Origin: a virus
Taxonomy: Duplodnaviria; Caudoviricetes
Reading direction: 5' to 3' (one strand)
Virus record (IMG/VR): IMGVR_UViG_3300031939_000014
Location: 1 to 39,992 of that record
Length of the DNA stretch: 39,992 bases
How positions within the stretch are numbered: position 1 is the first letter of the stretch; each line of letters begins with the position of its first letter. A program made the translations under genes and the position numbers. Shown here piece by piece: positions 16,404 through 26,574 of this stretch. Under the pieces are notes generated by a model. The model saw only the letters and a list, made by a program, of their open reading frames with translations. It ran no database searches and was not told where the DNA came from.

Positions 16404-16787
16404 CTATGCAGTCACGGCCTCAGCCGCGATGAAAAGCGCATCTAGGCTCGCATCTGACAGGCCAAACATTGCGGCAAACTGCACCACGAGTTGGGAATCG
16501 CGCTCTACCACATTGCTTTGTTCCCATGCCTGCCAGGCTAGATCGGCCGCAAGCCGCTGCGGGTCGCTCTCGGGCAGGCTCGCCGCGGCCGTGCGCGCGG
16601 CGGCAAGGTTCTCGTTCACGGCCGTTAGCAGGCTGCGGCCATCGGGAAGGAATTGCGAGCGCAGCACCGCGCGTGCCTGAAAGTTCGTGACGGATGCCGG
16701 GGGCCGAGGCGAGGCAGCCTGCGGCAAGGCCGCCGCGTCCTCGGGGGAAATCTCAACCGCTGCACCGTCAACAATCATCGTCGGCAT
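16404..16787 (-). CDS. small tail-fibre-associated protein
   Basis: SVTNFQARAVL...WEQSNVVERDSQLV....GLSDASLDALF pattern typical of ORFs following tail-fibre genes. Confidence 0.65.
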   Translation of the reverse strand: MPTMIVDGAAVEISPEDAAALPQAASPRPPASVTNFQARAVLRSQFLPDGRSLLTAVNENLAAARTAAASLPESDPQRLAADLAWQAWEQSNVVERDSQLVVQFAAMFGLSDASLDALFIAAEAVTA

Positions 16788-16789
16788 GG

Positions 16790-17668
16790 CTAGTAATTCC
16801 CCGAGAGGGCAACAATGCCGCTGCTCATGCTGCCGCTAAGAACGCCCACGCGTGCCGCATTGGAAGCGCCGGCAAAGCCGGGCGAAAAGCCGCCCACCCA
16901 TCGCGCCAAAACCGGGCCGGTTATCAGGGTGAACGCGTCGGCCGTCCCGTAATTCAGGTTTGCATCCCACTCAACCGAGCCATGAATCACCACGCCGCTT
17001 GCATACGCAGCATCGCTCAGCCGCACCCACGCTTCCGCGCCGCCCGCGTTTCCCACGGATGCGGCGCGCGCGGATGCCGCGATGTAGTTGTAATCCGAGG
17101 CGCCGGCTTTGTATGTGCTGCCGCCATCCGTCGATAACTGCATATAGGCCGCCTGCGCAACCGCCGTGACCACAACGTAGTCAATGCGGAACCGGCGGAA
17201 TGCGGCAGGAAGGGTGAAGATGACGCCTGCCGTTGTAGTCGCAAACTGTGTCGTGGAAATCTTGCGCCACGCTACCTGATTCAGCGGCGCCGCATCGGTC
17301 GCAGTCGCGCCGTCCGCGACGTTTGCAACGCGCCGGCCCTGCGCCTGCCACACGCTGGACGCGTCGGCATACATCGCGCGCTCAGCCGGCAGCACGTTGT
17401 AAACGGTGGTGGTGCCGCTGAAATTCAGGCGCACGCCAGAGTTAGCCGAGTTCCAGATTGGGGTGCCCCGGCTCAGCGTGCTAGGGCTGCCAACTGTGAC
17501 GGTGCCCGCCTGTAGCTCCGAGTTCGTGCCATCGGTGAGCATGTAATAGACGGCCGCCGCATTGCCGAAGCCGTCAAACGATGAATAGCCCGGCTGTGCG
17601 GTTGAGAGCGTGACGGTTGTTCCCGTGCCTGGCGCCGCGCAACTCATTTTGACCATGTTGCGAATCAT
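16790..17668 (-). CDS. tail fibre / tail tip protein
   Basis: Thr/Gly/Ser-rich beta composition; RRVANVADGATATDAA motif; position. Confidence 0.7.
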   Translation of the reverse strand: MIRNMVKMSCAAPGTGTTVTLSTAQPGYSSFDGFGNAAAVYYMLTDGTNSELQAGTVTVGSPSTLSRGTPIWNSANSGVRLNFSGTTTVYNVLPAERAMYADASSVWQAQGRRVANVADGATATDAAPLNQVAWRKISTTQFATTTAGVIFTLPAAFRRFRIDYVVVTAVAQAAYMQLSTDGGSTYKAGASDYNYIAASARAASVGNAGGAEAWVRLSDAAYASGVVIHGSVEWDANLNYGTADAFTLITGPVLARWVGGFSPGFAGASNAARVGVLSGSMSSGIVALSGNY

Positions 17669-17671
17669 GCG

Positions 17672-18472
17672 CTAAAGCCTCTCAGTGATGCGCAGGCGCC
17701 AACTGCGGCGCGCGCCGTCGAGCGTGACGTATCCAAACTCGGCCGTTGATTCCATCGGGCCGAAAACCGAATCGCTATGCCGCGCGCTGCTCAGCGGGTC
17801 GGGGACGAAAAGGCAGTTCCGCCCATCGGCCGCGGCGAGGTCGCCGGGTATCGCCTGCGCGGTGAGTTCCGCCGCGGTGATGGCGCCGAATGACAGGGAC
17901 CATGCGCGCTCGGTGTAGAGTGGGGTTATGTAGCTTCCGCCACTGCGCGTGCGCACCACCTGCCGGCCTCGGTTCGTGCCGTATGTGCTTTCGGGGGAGT
18001 AGTTGATAGCCGGTTGAAACGCAGGCCCGGCAAAACATAGCGGCACCGATATGTAATTATCGGAATTCCCCGCGTCGGAAATGTCGCACCTGGCATACCT
18101 GCCCGTGACGGCTGCGCTTGCCGCGATCACGCTCTGCCCGACACCCGCCACGATACCTGCCGAGACGGTGCCGCTATCGTACACGTCCGAGCCGCTCAGC
18201 GTGGTGCCCACACGCCACCGCACGGTGGCCGAGGTGGTGAGGTTCGTTCGCGCGAGAGCGAACACCCGCCATGCGTTTGCGGTGCTGCCCGAATCAATTG
18301 TGAACCACGCACCACCTGCGCCAGTGAGCACGCCTGCCGCGGTGCGCCACGCAAAGGCCGCGCTGCCGTGCGGTGACTGCAAGTTGCCAACCGTGAGGCC
18401 GGTTTGTTCGCTGCCGGCGGCAAGGGTGCCGGTGAGTATATCGTTGTCATACGCGAGAAGGCAGTTTGCCAT
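17672..18472 (-). CDS. tail tip / distal tail-type structural protein
   Basis: Position after the large tail protein; ends in RITERL; beta-rich. Confidence 0.65.
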   Translation of the reverse strand: MANCLLAYDNDILTGTLAAGSEQTGLTVGNLQSPHGSAAFAWRTAAGVLTGAGGAWFTIDSGSTANAWRVFALARTNLTTSATVRWRVGTTLSGSDVYDSGTVSAGIVAGVGQSVIAASAAVTGRYARCDISDAGNSDNYISVPLCFAGPAFQPAINYSPESTYGTNRGRQVVRTRSGGSYITPLYTERAWSLSFGAITAAELTAQAIPGDLAAADGRNCLFVPDPLSSARHSDSVFGPMESTAEFGYVTLDGARRSWRLRITERL

Positions 18473-18476
18473 GGCG

Positions 18477-21005
18477 CTATACCAATACCATCAAGGAACT
18501 TGTCGCGTCGCCTAGTCGCATCTGCTCGCCAACCACCACGCCAAGCTTGCCCGCGTCTAGATCGTCAAGCGGATATGTCACGCTGAGCACGTCGCCAAGG
18601 TCATGCCGCAGCGCCAGGGCAATGGGCAGTTCAACGCTGTATAGCTTGCGCTCAGTGCTCCACATGCCGAGCACCTGCGCCGCCATCGCGGTTGCGTCGC
18701 CCGAGGTGAGCAACGCGTTTGGCGTGGGTGGCGCATCGTTCGGCCGCCTGTAGCGCAGGAGAACCGCGTTATCACTCGCGGCTGAAAACCGATCGGCATT
18801 GGCGAGGAACTGCCGGCGCGCGTCGGTCACTGTGCCGTTCACGCCCGAGGCCATGACGGTATGATTGTGGTTATAGCCCCACCGCACGCGGTAGATGGGA
18901 GGCGCCACCGTGGAAGGCAGCGGCGCGCGGCGCAGGCTCACAATTTGCGAGGCGCCGAACGCGCCGGCTGGCGTGGTGCCGTTCGGCACGGCGCGCAGCG
19001 GCAGGCAGGCAATCACGCCATCGCGCCGGGTGATGAGGCGCGCGTTGATTGATGCGAGGAAGCGCGCAACGGCCGTGGTGCAATCTTCCTGCTCGGCGCC
19101 CGACCAATACCACCCCGCCTCGTAGAACGCGCCGCTATCAATGCTCGTGAAACTGGCGCTGTCATACGTGGCCGCGGGCAGGGCAAGGTCTAGGCTGAGA
19201 ATCTGCAGGGCAATCGTGTTGGCCAGGTCTTGCGCGAGCGCGCCCGCGCCGGGGAATTTGCCCCACGCGTCGCACGTGATCTGCCCCGCGTTCGGGCTGC
19301 CGAGTTGGAAAAGCCCGGCAGCCTTGTTCGTGCGATACTGCCCGGCAGGCGTGGAACCAACATAGAGGTTCGCCACGTCGCCAGCGAATGCAAACACGCT
19401 TGCGCCGTTTTCATAGAGCGCGGTTATGGTCGCCTCGCCGTCGCTGAGTTGCCAGATGTTGTTCACAGCGTCGATGCGCACGGGGCTGATGTTGAGCACG
19501 GGGGCTGAGGCATTGCCGCCGCGCAGCCGGGGCTTTAGCCGGCCGGCAATGTCTGCCGTGCCGTCCAGCGCGCCCGTGCCACCATACGAGTCTTGCAGAT
19601 ATGGCCGTTCTAGATAGGCCCCGAAATCCCGCACGGGCACGGCAAGTGCGCGCTCATCTGCCTGCCATGGCTGCGCAAGCCCCGTGAACAGGGCTGCAAG
19701 GCTCGCATACGGGGGATCAATCCAAAGGCCGCGCGCCACGTCGCGCGTCTTGCGCCCGAGCAGGATTTTAACCGCGCGTTGGTCCGCGTTCGTCCCACTG
19801 AGGCCCGCGTCATAGCGCCGATCGTCTGACGCCAGGCGCACGTCACCCCACGATGCCGAATAGGCCGCGGTGCCTGGCGCAAGTTCAATGATGCGGTTTG
19901 CCGCGAACCCCTGCTCTAGCGTCGGCACGTAAACCTGCGTGCCGATGCTGTCCGTTGAGCGCGACACATAGCCAAGATCGGAAGCGCGCAGGGTGGTGCT
20001 ATCGGCCGCAGCAGCCGCGGCCAGCGGCATGGCTGCGTGCGGTGCCTCACCCCACACAAGGCCCGCGGTGGCATAGGTGCCGCCTGGCCGGTACGTGTCC
20101 AGTTCAAGCGCGACGAATAGCGGCCCCTCGGTGATGCTGAGGTTGTAAGCGGCCAGGCTCGCCGTGACGGGCGAACCGCCCGCGATGACCGGCCCGCCGA
20201 TGGTCAGGGCTGCCGTGCCGCTCACCGAGCCGGCCGCAGCGGTATAGGTGATCCGGATTTGCCCGCCGCCACCCGCGCCGCCGGCAACGCCACTCCCGCC
20301 GACGGCGCCACCGCCGCCGCCGGGGAACCCGCCCGTGCCGCCGTTCGTCGCGGCCGTTATCGTGCCCGCGCCACCGCCGCCACCCTCATTGGATGACGTG
20401 CCGTTGCGTGTGCCCGCGGCCGTGCCGCCAGCACCGCCGCCCGATCCTGCCGCGCCGCCATCCGTCGCGGCCGTTGTGGTCGTGTTGGTTCCGCTCGTGC
20501 CATTGCCAAGCGGCGAGGCCGCGCCGCCGCCGCCCGTGGCGCTGCCGCCGAGCGTGCCGCTGCCGCCGTTGCCGCCCGAGAATTTCGTTGAGCCAATGCC
20601 GCCCGACGCGAGGCCGCCTGCGCCGCCCGCATGCGAGCCGCTGCCGGCGCCGAGGCCGCCCGCGCCACCCTTGGCAAGCGCACCTTGGGTGGCCAGGGTC
20701 GGGGCAGCGTTGGACGCGGCATTGAACCACGTATCCCCGCCGGCAAATCCGTCGCCATCCGGCGCAACCGATCCCGAGGTTGTCTGCGATGCGCCGCCCG
20801 CGCCGATGTTGTAATAATACGTCCCGCCGGGCGTAACGGTGACGGTGCTTTTAGAGTAGGCGCCGCCGCCGCCGCCCGTTGGCGGTTGGCTGCCACGGTT
20901 CGCGCCCGATCCTGCCGCGGCCCACGTCTCAACGTCAAAAGAGGTGACGCCCGCGGGAACGGTGCCCGAGCCGGCGCCCGCGGCGGCGATGAGAACAACG
21001 GTCAT
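18477..21005 (-). CDS. large tail protein with N-terminal glycine-rich domain
   Basis: About 255 aa Gly-rich N-terminus (GGGGGAYS...GGGGQIRITY), then a tail-tip/hub-like region; coupled to the tape measure gene. Confidence 0.75.
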   Translation of the reverse strand: MTVVLIAAAGAGSGTVPAGVTSFDVETWAAAGSGANRGSQPPTGGGGGAYSKSTVTVTPGGTYYYNIGAGGASQTTSGSVAPDGDGFAGGDTWFNAASNAAPTLATQGALAKGGAGGLGAGSGSHAGGAGGLASGGIGSTKFSGGNGGSGTLGGSATGGGGAASPLGNGTSGTNTTTTAATDGGAAGSGGGAGGTAAGTRNGTSSNEGGGGGAGTITAATNGGTGGFPGGGGGAVGGSGVAGGAGGGGQIRITYTAAAGSVSGTAALTIGGPVIAGGSPVTASLAAYNLSITEGPLFVALELDTYRPGGTYATAGLVWGEAPHAAMPLAAAAAADSTTLRASDLGYVSRSTDSIGTQVYVPTLEQGFAANRIIELAPGTAAYSASWGDVRLASDDRRYDAGLSGTNADQRAVKILLGRKTRDVARGLWIDPPYASLAALFTGLAQPWQADERALAVPVRDFGAYLERPYLQDSYGGTGALDGTADIAGRLKPRLRGGNASAPVLNISPVRIDAVNNIWQLSDGEATITALYENGASVFAFAGDVANLYVGSTPAGQYRTNKAAGLFQLGSPNAGQITCDAWGKFPGAGALAQDLANTIALQILSLDLALPAATYDSASFTSIDSGAFYEAGWYWSGAEQEDCTTAVARFLASINARLITRRDGVIACLPLRAVPNGTTPAGAFGASQIVSLRRAPLPSTVAPPIYRVRWGYNHNHTVMASGVNGTVTDARRQFLANADRFSAASDNAVLLRYRRPNDAPPTPNALLTSGDATAMAAQVLGMWSTERKLYSVELPIALALRHDLGDVLSVTYPLDDLDAGKLGVVVGEQMRLGDATSSLMVLV

Positions 21006-24000
21006 GCCGCACGCCCGGTGGCCGCGCCGCCCAACTGCACCTCTTTGCGCAACGCAGTCACCTCGCCGCGCAGGAGGATGAGGCTATCGTTCAAGATTTG
21101 AGTCTGCGTGCGCATCTCGGTTTGATAGATGACCGCCGTTAGCTGCTCAGGCGTCATTGCCGAAACGCTCCCGAGCGCATCAATCACCCGCTGCCAATCG
21201 GCCGCATAGCCCGAGCCGCTGCCATACACGCCGCGCGACGCGGTTAGGAACGTGTCTGCGCTAGCCGTGAGGCCGGCAAGCGCGGTGCCGTCGCCACCCA
21301 ACGCGCGGTTAAGCGTCGAATTGAAATCGGAACTCGCGCCAAAATACTGCTCCCGCACGGACAGGGGGCTATCGGGCCGCGTGCGCAGGCTTTTCGCATA
21401 ATCCACGATGCCCGTGATGATGCCGTTTGCCTGCCGCGCGCGGTCCTGCTCAGCGTCGAGAATTTTTTGGTTGAAGTCTTTGATGATGCCAAGCCGCTCG
21501 TTGCCCTGCACGGTTTCAAGCAGGCTCATTTGCGCCGCGATTTCATCAACGCTTGCGAAGTTATCTTCTAGCGTGGTTTTCAGGTTCGCTTTCTCATTGT
21601 TCGCGGCAACGTCGAATGCGAGCAACTGCGAAGTGAGGTCGTCACCCGTCGATTTGGCCAGCCGGGAAAGCAGGCTTTGATGCGAACCCCATACCGTGCG
21701 TTCCTGCGTCGCCACGGCCTCGGCGGCCTTGCGAACGATGTTCACCCGCTCGGCCGCAAGCGCCGCCTCTTGCCGGTTGATGTAGATAGCGGCATCGGTG
21801 GCATCCAACCCCCACGCGTCAAGCTGCGCCTTCCAGACTTCGCGCTGCTGCGCTGCGGCCGTGTCAAAGTCGAGAATGTCTGCGGCGCCGCCTTGGCCCG
21901 TGGCGCGCATAACGCGGCTCGTGAATCCATTGGAAGCCGCGTCGAGCGCCTTTCCGCGCTCGGCCACCATGTCGGCAATTCCTTGCGCGAGGTCATCGCT
22001 TAGCTTGTCGGTCGCCAGGCCGAGCGAGCCGGCGCGGTCGATCACTACCCCGAATTTTGAGGCTAGCGCCTCAATCTGCTGCTGGAAGGCGCTTGTGGCT
22101 TTGCCCGTTTTTGTCAGCGGGTTATATATTTTCTGGACGAAATCAACATCATCCATCACCTGCTCTAGCGTCTTGCCGCCCGCGCCGCTAAGCGCGGTGC
22201 GCACGTTGGCATCATCGCTGCGCAGCAGCGGCACGAGGCCTGCCGCGTTCACCGCGCCGGGGTTCTTGCTCGCCTGGCCGAACCCGACCATGCCCATGCC
22301 GCCGTCTAGCTGCAGGCCGCGCGCGCTCAGCGCCCCGTTGATCTTGGTTAGCTGCTCCTGCACCTGCGCATAGTTCGCGGCCATGTCGGTTCGCTTGCCG
22401 CCGCCGCCGATGATCTGCAACTGGCCGCCGACATTGGCATAAGCCACATCACCGCCGCTGCGCTCTGCCATGCCCTTTTCCGTCGGGCCGAAAAACCCCG
22501 AGGCCGTGCCGCCGATGGCGCCGCCAATGAGCGCACCCACCGGGCCGCCGACAAGGAAGCCGATGCCGGCGCCGGCCAGGCTGCCAATCATGGCGTTCTG
22601 CTGCGTGTTCACGCTGCCCCGCATGCCACCCACGATGCTGCCACCCGCCATGCCGAGGCCGATGCCGCCGGCAATGCCGCCGAGCGCGCCCGTGGCCGTG
22701 CTCGTGCCAAAGAACCCTGCCTCAGAGGTTGCCCCGAGGGGTGCGCCCGAAAGCGTCGGGCCTTGCGCGAGGGGTGAAATCCCGTTGCCGAATAGGCCCG
22801 AGGAAGCGCCCCACCCGTTCACCGTGTCACCGATACCCGAGAGCGATGGCAGGCCCGAGAACATGCTGCCGCCGCCGCCAGAGCCGGTGATCCCCGCCGA
22901 TTGCAGCAGCCCGCCGCCCGATTGGATTTGCGAGAACATGCCGGTGATGCTGCCGAGGCTCCCGCCGCTGCTGCCACTGCTGCCGCTGCCCGTGCCCCCG
23001 ACTAGAGCCATGACAACGGGCTGAATGATCGGCCGCAGCAGCGCCTCAGCCGCAATGCGCGCGAGCGTGGCGCGAGCCGTGCCGAGGAAGTTCTGCCACA
23101 TTTGTTGCCAGCCGCCCGCGGTGCCCTTGAACAAATCGGCAAACGCATCGCTGGCATAGCGCACCACGGAATCGGTTGCCTGCTTGGCCGCGGCCTCCTG
23201 CTCTTTGGCAGCCTCGCGCGCCGCATCGCCAACTGATTTGGTTATCTTGTCCTGCTCAGCGTTGAACGCTGCCGCGGTGCGACGGATAACCGCCATCGCT
23301 TTTTCGTCGGCCTCGCCAAGGCTCAGCAGCGGCCCGTTGCTGCTTAGCCGGGCCTCGCTGTAATGCGCCTCATCGAATTTCTTTTGCGCCTCGGCCGCTT
23401 GCTTCGCCGCGGTTTCGGCCGCGGTTGCCCGGCGCTTCGCCGCGGCCTCGGCCTCGCTCTCTGCTTTCGTGGTGGCCGCGACGTTGCGAGCAAGCGCGGC
23501 CTCGGCCCGTTGCAGTTCCTCGATTTGCGCAAGCCATTCGGTGCGGTTCGCCTTCGCCTCGGCCGTGGCTTGATCGGCCCCAACCTCAAGCGAACGGTCG
23601 GCAATGAATTTTTTGGTTACGGCATTGAGGTCGGATTGCGCCTTGGCTGCGGCCGTCTGCGCATCCTTGTATCGCTCGTAGGCCGGGGTGCCGCCGTTAT
23701 TCAGTGCCGCCGCCAGGTCGGCAACGCGCGAGAGTTCGGCATTAACCGATTTCAGCGGGTCGTCGGTCGCATCCTTGCGCAACTGCCGCAGCGCCGCGCC
23801 GGCCGCGATGATGCTTGGGGAAAGCTGGTTGAACCCGCCGGCCGCGGTGCCGGCCGCAGCACCCGCCGCGGTGAGGCTTTCCACGCTCTCGCCTGCGGCC
23901 AGCCGCATGGCAACGGCCTGCACCGCGTTATCCCGCATCGCCTTCTCAAGCGAGGTGATCTGCGGAATCGCGTCAATTGCCTTGTCGCGCAGCGCGGTGA

Positions 24001-25117
24001 TTGCGGCAGCGTTGCCGCCGCCGGCCTTGGCCGCATCGTCTAGTGCGCCGATGTACAGGCGCAGCGTCTCAACCGTGGCGCCGCCCGCATCGCGGAACTG
24101 CCGGAACGCATCAACCGCCGAGGTGAGGTCTGCGGCGAGCTTGGGGGCCTGGTTGGCAAGCCCGGTCACATCTTCAAAGTTGGCGATGGCCGGGCCGCTG
24201 CCGCCCTCGCGCTGCCGCAGGTCAGACGCCAGGCGCCCGCCGAGGCTTTCCGTGAGATCGGCCGCGCTCGTGTTGAGTTGCTTGTTCTGCCGCGCGAGAA
24301 TCACGCCCTCGGCCTTGGCCGCGGCCGAACCCATCGCGGTATAGGATGCGGCGAGGGTGTCGATCGCCTCGCTCTCGGCCTTGTAGCCCTTCACGCGTTC
24401 CTCGGCTGCCGAGGTCACGCGCTCGAAATTGGCCGCGGATTCCTTCACCGCGTCATCAAGCGATTTGACGTTGCCGGTCAGGCCGAGGGCTGCGAGCGCC
24501 ACGGCGCCGATTGCGAGCGCCGCACCTGCCACCGCACCGCCAGGCCCGAACCCGCCGAGGAACTGCGAACCCTGCTGCGCAAGGATGGTGAACGCGCTCG
24601 TGCCCATTTGGGCCTGCACCACCACGTCTTGCAACTGCTGCCCGGCGCTGCCGGCAACGCGGCTGAGGTTGCCGAACGCGCCCGTTGCGTTGGCCGCGCC
24701 GTTCGTGACGCCTGCCCACCGCGCGCGCTCTTGCTCGGCCTGTAGCGTCGCCTTGGCAACCGCCGCATCGCGAATCGCGATAAGCCGGCGCTCAGTCTCG
24801 GCAGCGCCCGCGGCAACCTCGGCGCTCTTGGTTGCCTCTAGGCGAAGGGCCGCGATCTGCGCGGCGAGCTTGTTGTTCGCGCGCTCGGTGGCCGCGGTGA
24901 GCTTGGCGTTTTCGTCGGTGGCTTTGTTAATGCTCTGCCATGACGGCAGCGCGGCCGTTACCTGGCTCGTTACCGTGGCCGTGCTGCCCGCGAGCTTTTG
25001 AGCCGCCGCCGCGGCCTGGTTAGCCGCCGCAGCGCCGGCATTCATGCCCTGCGTAAAGCCCGCGTCTTGGTACTCGTGCTTGAAAACGATGTTGGCAATG
25101 GTGCTTAGGTTCGCCAC
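21002..25117 (-). CDS. tail tape measure protein
   Basis: 1371 aa, Ala-rich helical; GQQLQDVVVQAQMGTSAFTILAQQGSQ lambda-H-like motif; GTG start with GAGGG RBS. Confidence 0.9.
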   Translation of the reverse strand: MANLSTIANIVFKHEYQDAGFTQGMNAGAAAANQAAAAAQKLAGSTATVTSQVTAALPSWQSINKATDENAKLTAATERANNKLAAQIAALRLEATKSAEVAAGAAETERRLIAIRDAAVAKATLQAEQERARWAGVTNGAANATGAFGNLSRVAGSAGQQLQDVVVQAQMGTSAFTILAQQGSQFLGGFGPGGAVAGAALAIGAVALAALGLTGNVKSLDDAVKESAANFERVTSAAEERVKGYKAESEAIDTLAASYTAMGSAAAKAEGVILARQNKQLNTSAADLTESLGGRLASDLRQREGGSGPAIANFEDVTGLANQAPKLAADLTSAVDAFRQFRDAGGATVETLRLYIGALDDAAKAGGGNAAAITALRDKAIDAIPQITSLEKAMRDNAVQAVAMRLAAGESVESLTAAGAAAGTAAGGFNQLSPSIIAAGAALRQLRKDATDDPLKSVNAELSRVADLAAALNNGGTPAYERYKDAQTAAAKAQSDLNAVTKKFIADRSLEVGADQATAEAKANRTEWLAQIEELQRAEAALARNVAATTKAESEAEAAAKRRATAAETAAKQAAEAQKKFDEAHYSEARLSSNGPLLSLGEADEKAMAVIRRTAAAFNAEQDKITKSVGDAAREAAKEQEAAAKQATDSVVRYASDAFADLFKGTAGGWQQMWQNFLGTARATLARIAAEALLRPIIQPVVMALVGGTGSGSSGSSGGSLGSITGMFSQIQSGGGLLQSAGITGSGGGGSMFSGLPSLSGIGDTVNGWGASSGLFGNGISPLAQGPTLSGAPLGATSEAGFFGTSTATGALGGIAGGIGLGMAGGSIVGGMRGSVNTQQNAMIGSLAGAGIGFLVGGPVGALIGGAIGGTASGFFGPTEKGMAERSGGDVAYANVGGQLQIIGGGGKRTDMAANYAQVQEQLTKINGALSARGLQLDGGMGMVGFGQASKNPGAVNAAGLVPLLRSDDANVRTALSGAGGKTLEQVMDDVDFVQKIYNPLTKTGKATSAFQQQIEALASKFGVVIDRAGSLGLATDKLSDDLAQGIADMVAERGKALDAASNGFTSRVMRATGQGGAADILDFDTAAAQQREVWKAQLDAWGLDATDAAIYINRQEAALAAERVNIVRKAAEAVATQERTVWGSHQSLLSRLAKSTGDDLTSQLLAFDVAANNEKANLKTTLEDNFASVDEIAAQMSLLETVQGNERLGIIKDFNQKILDAEQDRARQANGIITGIVDYAKSLRTRPDSPLSVREQYFGASSDFNSTLNRALGGDGTALAGLTASADTFLTASRGVYGSGSGYAADWQRVIDALGSVSAMTPEQLTAVIYQTEMRTQTQILNDSLILLRGEVTALRKEVQLGGAATGRAA

Positions 25118-25131
25118 GGCATTGCCCTCGG

Positions 25132-25827
25132 TTAGCGCGGTTTGATGAGTAGCGCCGGGCTTTCGACATACGCGCCGGCCCATCGCTTCACGTTGTGCGC
25201 GCGTGCGCCCGTGCGCATCTGCGTTTGCTTTAGCTTGTATTTGTCAGGGAAGTTTATGTCGTACACGCGTTTCGCCTGCACCACATTCCCGAACGAATCG
25301 TTCACCGCCTTTGCCGCGTCTGCGTAAAGGCCCTCGGGCTTGTTGAAATGCAGCGTGCGCTTGCCGATCCGCTGCGCGTCCAATTTCCTGGCGTAGGGCT
25401 GCAAGTTGCCGATCAAAATTTCCATCGGCCCGGCCGGCACGTTGTTTAGGTTGAGCATGCCTGGCCGTATGTAGTTGCCATCAAAGCTAACCCAAAAACT
25501 CTCACGGAAGGGCCTCGTGTAGAGCCTATGGCCGCTCGTGGGCATCGGCCCGGTCGGGCTGCGTTGGAAAAGGAAGGCGAGCGCAAAGGCCAAGATTTCC
25601 GAGTTATAGCTTGCCTCTAGCGCGATGCTGCCGCCAGGCTTCACCGTCTCAAACTCGGCGCCCTCGCGGCCGTCAACGAATCGCCGATACCTGGCCGGCA
25701 ATTCGTTCGCGCGCTGCATGTCGATAACCTGCCCGCGCACCTCTTTTGCGAAGGCCAGCGCCGAAGCCTCGGGGTTGAGGTGCTGCGCGATGAACACGCG
25801 GATATTCCGCACATAGTCACCCGCCAT
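25132..25827 (-). CDS. conserved-looking virion morphogenesis protein (231 aa)
   Basis: Intact ORF between the tail chaperones and the tape measure gene; function not recognised. Confidence 0.65.
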   Translation of the reverse strand: MAGDYVRNIRVFIAQHLNPEASALAFAKEVRGQVIDMQRANELPARYRRFVDGREGAEFETVKPGGSIALEASYNSEILAFALAFLFQRSPTGPMPTSGHRLYTRPFRESFWVSFDGNYIRPGMLNLNNVPAGPMEILIGNLQPYARKLDAQRIGKRTLHFNKPEGLYADAAKAVNDSFGNVVQAKRVYDINFPDKYKLKQTQMRTGARAHNVKRWAGAYVESPALLIKPR

Positions 25828-26173
25828 GACTGCCCCCGGCTTGCTTGCGCTTTTGATCCATCACCCACCATTTGCCAAAAGCGTCATCTAGAACTTGGAT
25901 GCCGTAGTCTAGCAACTCGCTTTCGGCATCGGTGAGGCCGTGCCGATCTGCCCACGCCATCACGTCGCGCCAGGCGATGCGGCCCGGCACCGGCTCGCCT
26001 TCCATGCGGGGCAGTAAGGGCCGGTCATGTTTCAGGCGGTGGTAGCAGCGCCAGATGAACGCCAGCCAATCGGGCAGGGTGGGTGCCCGAGGCCGCATTT
26101 CCTCGGGCACATCGGCCAGCATCGCAGCGAACCGGCCCCACTCTAGCGCGTGCTCTAGGCACTCACCAAAGGG
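25817..26173 (-). CDS. tail assembly chaperone, -1 frameshift extension (gpT-like)
   Basis: The -1 frame relative to the upstream chaperone opens at the slippery heptamer C CCT TTG (26167-26173). Confidence 0.75.
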   Translation of the reverse strand, partial: PFGECLEHALEWGRFAAMLADVPEEMRPRAPTLPDWLAFIWRCYHRLKHDRPLLPRMEGEPVPGRIAWRDVMAWADRHGLTDAESELLDYGIQVLDDAFGKWWVMDQKRKQAGGSHGG

Positions 26174-26574
26174 CCAGCCATGTCCTCCATGTCGAAGCCC
26201 TGCCGCTTGCCCACGCGCTGCGCGGCCTCGATGCACGCCAGGCCCAACGGTTCGTAATCCGGGTTGCGCAGCAGGTTGCAGAACGCCTCGAAATCCACCG
26301 GCTGGCCGTGTTCGTCGGTGAGGTCAGCCACGTCTAGCAGCAGGTGAACGATGAGAGCCTCAATGGTGATGGCGCGCATGATGCCCGCGGGAATCTTGCT
26401 CTCATCACCGCCGAGGCTCTGCGCTGCACGCCTGCGCCGCAGCGCCATCGCGTCTTTATAGCCGTTCGTGAAACCGCGGGTTTTGATGCGCAGGTTGTCC
26501 CATTCGGGCAGCGTCACCCATTCGCCGGCCTCGATTGCCGCACTGTCCTGCCGGAAGTTGGAAAGCTTCGCCAT
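26155..26574 (-). CDS. tail assembly chaperone (gpG-like)
   Basis: Follows the tail tube gene; AGGA RBS; AIEAGEWV...LRIKTRG. Confidence 0.8.
   Translation of the reverse strand: MAKLSNFRQDSAAIEAGEWVTLPEWDNLRIKTRGFTNGYKDAMALRRRRAAQSLGGDESKIPAGIMRAITIEALIVHLLLDVADLTDEHGQPVDFEAFCNLLRNPDYEPLGLACIEAAQRVGKRQGFDMEDMAGPLVSA

Noticed and set aside
16790-21005. Diversity-generating retroelement or invertible tail-fibre system
   Set aside because: No reverse transcriptase, invertase or TR/VR repeat pair seen in the window.
20248-21101. Long Pro-rich plus-strand ORFs opposite the Gly-rich tail domain
   Set aside because: Antisense shadows of GGC-rich codons in high-GC DNA; no RBS or domain signal.
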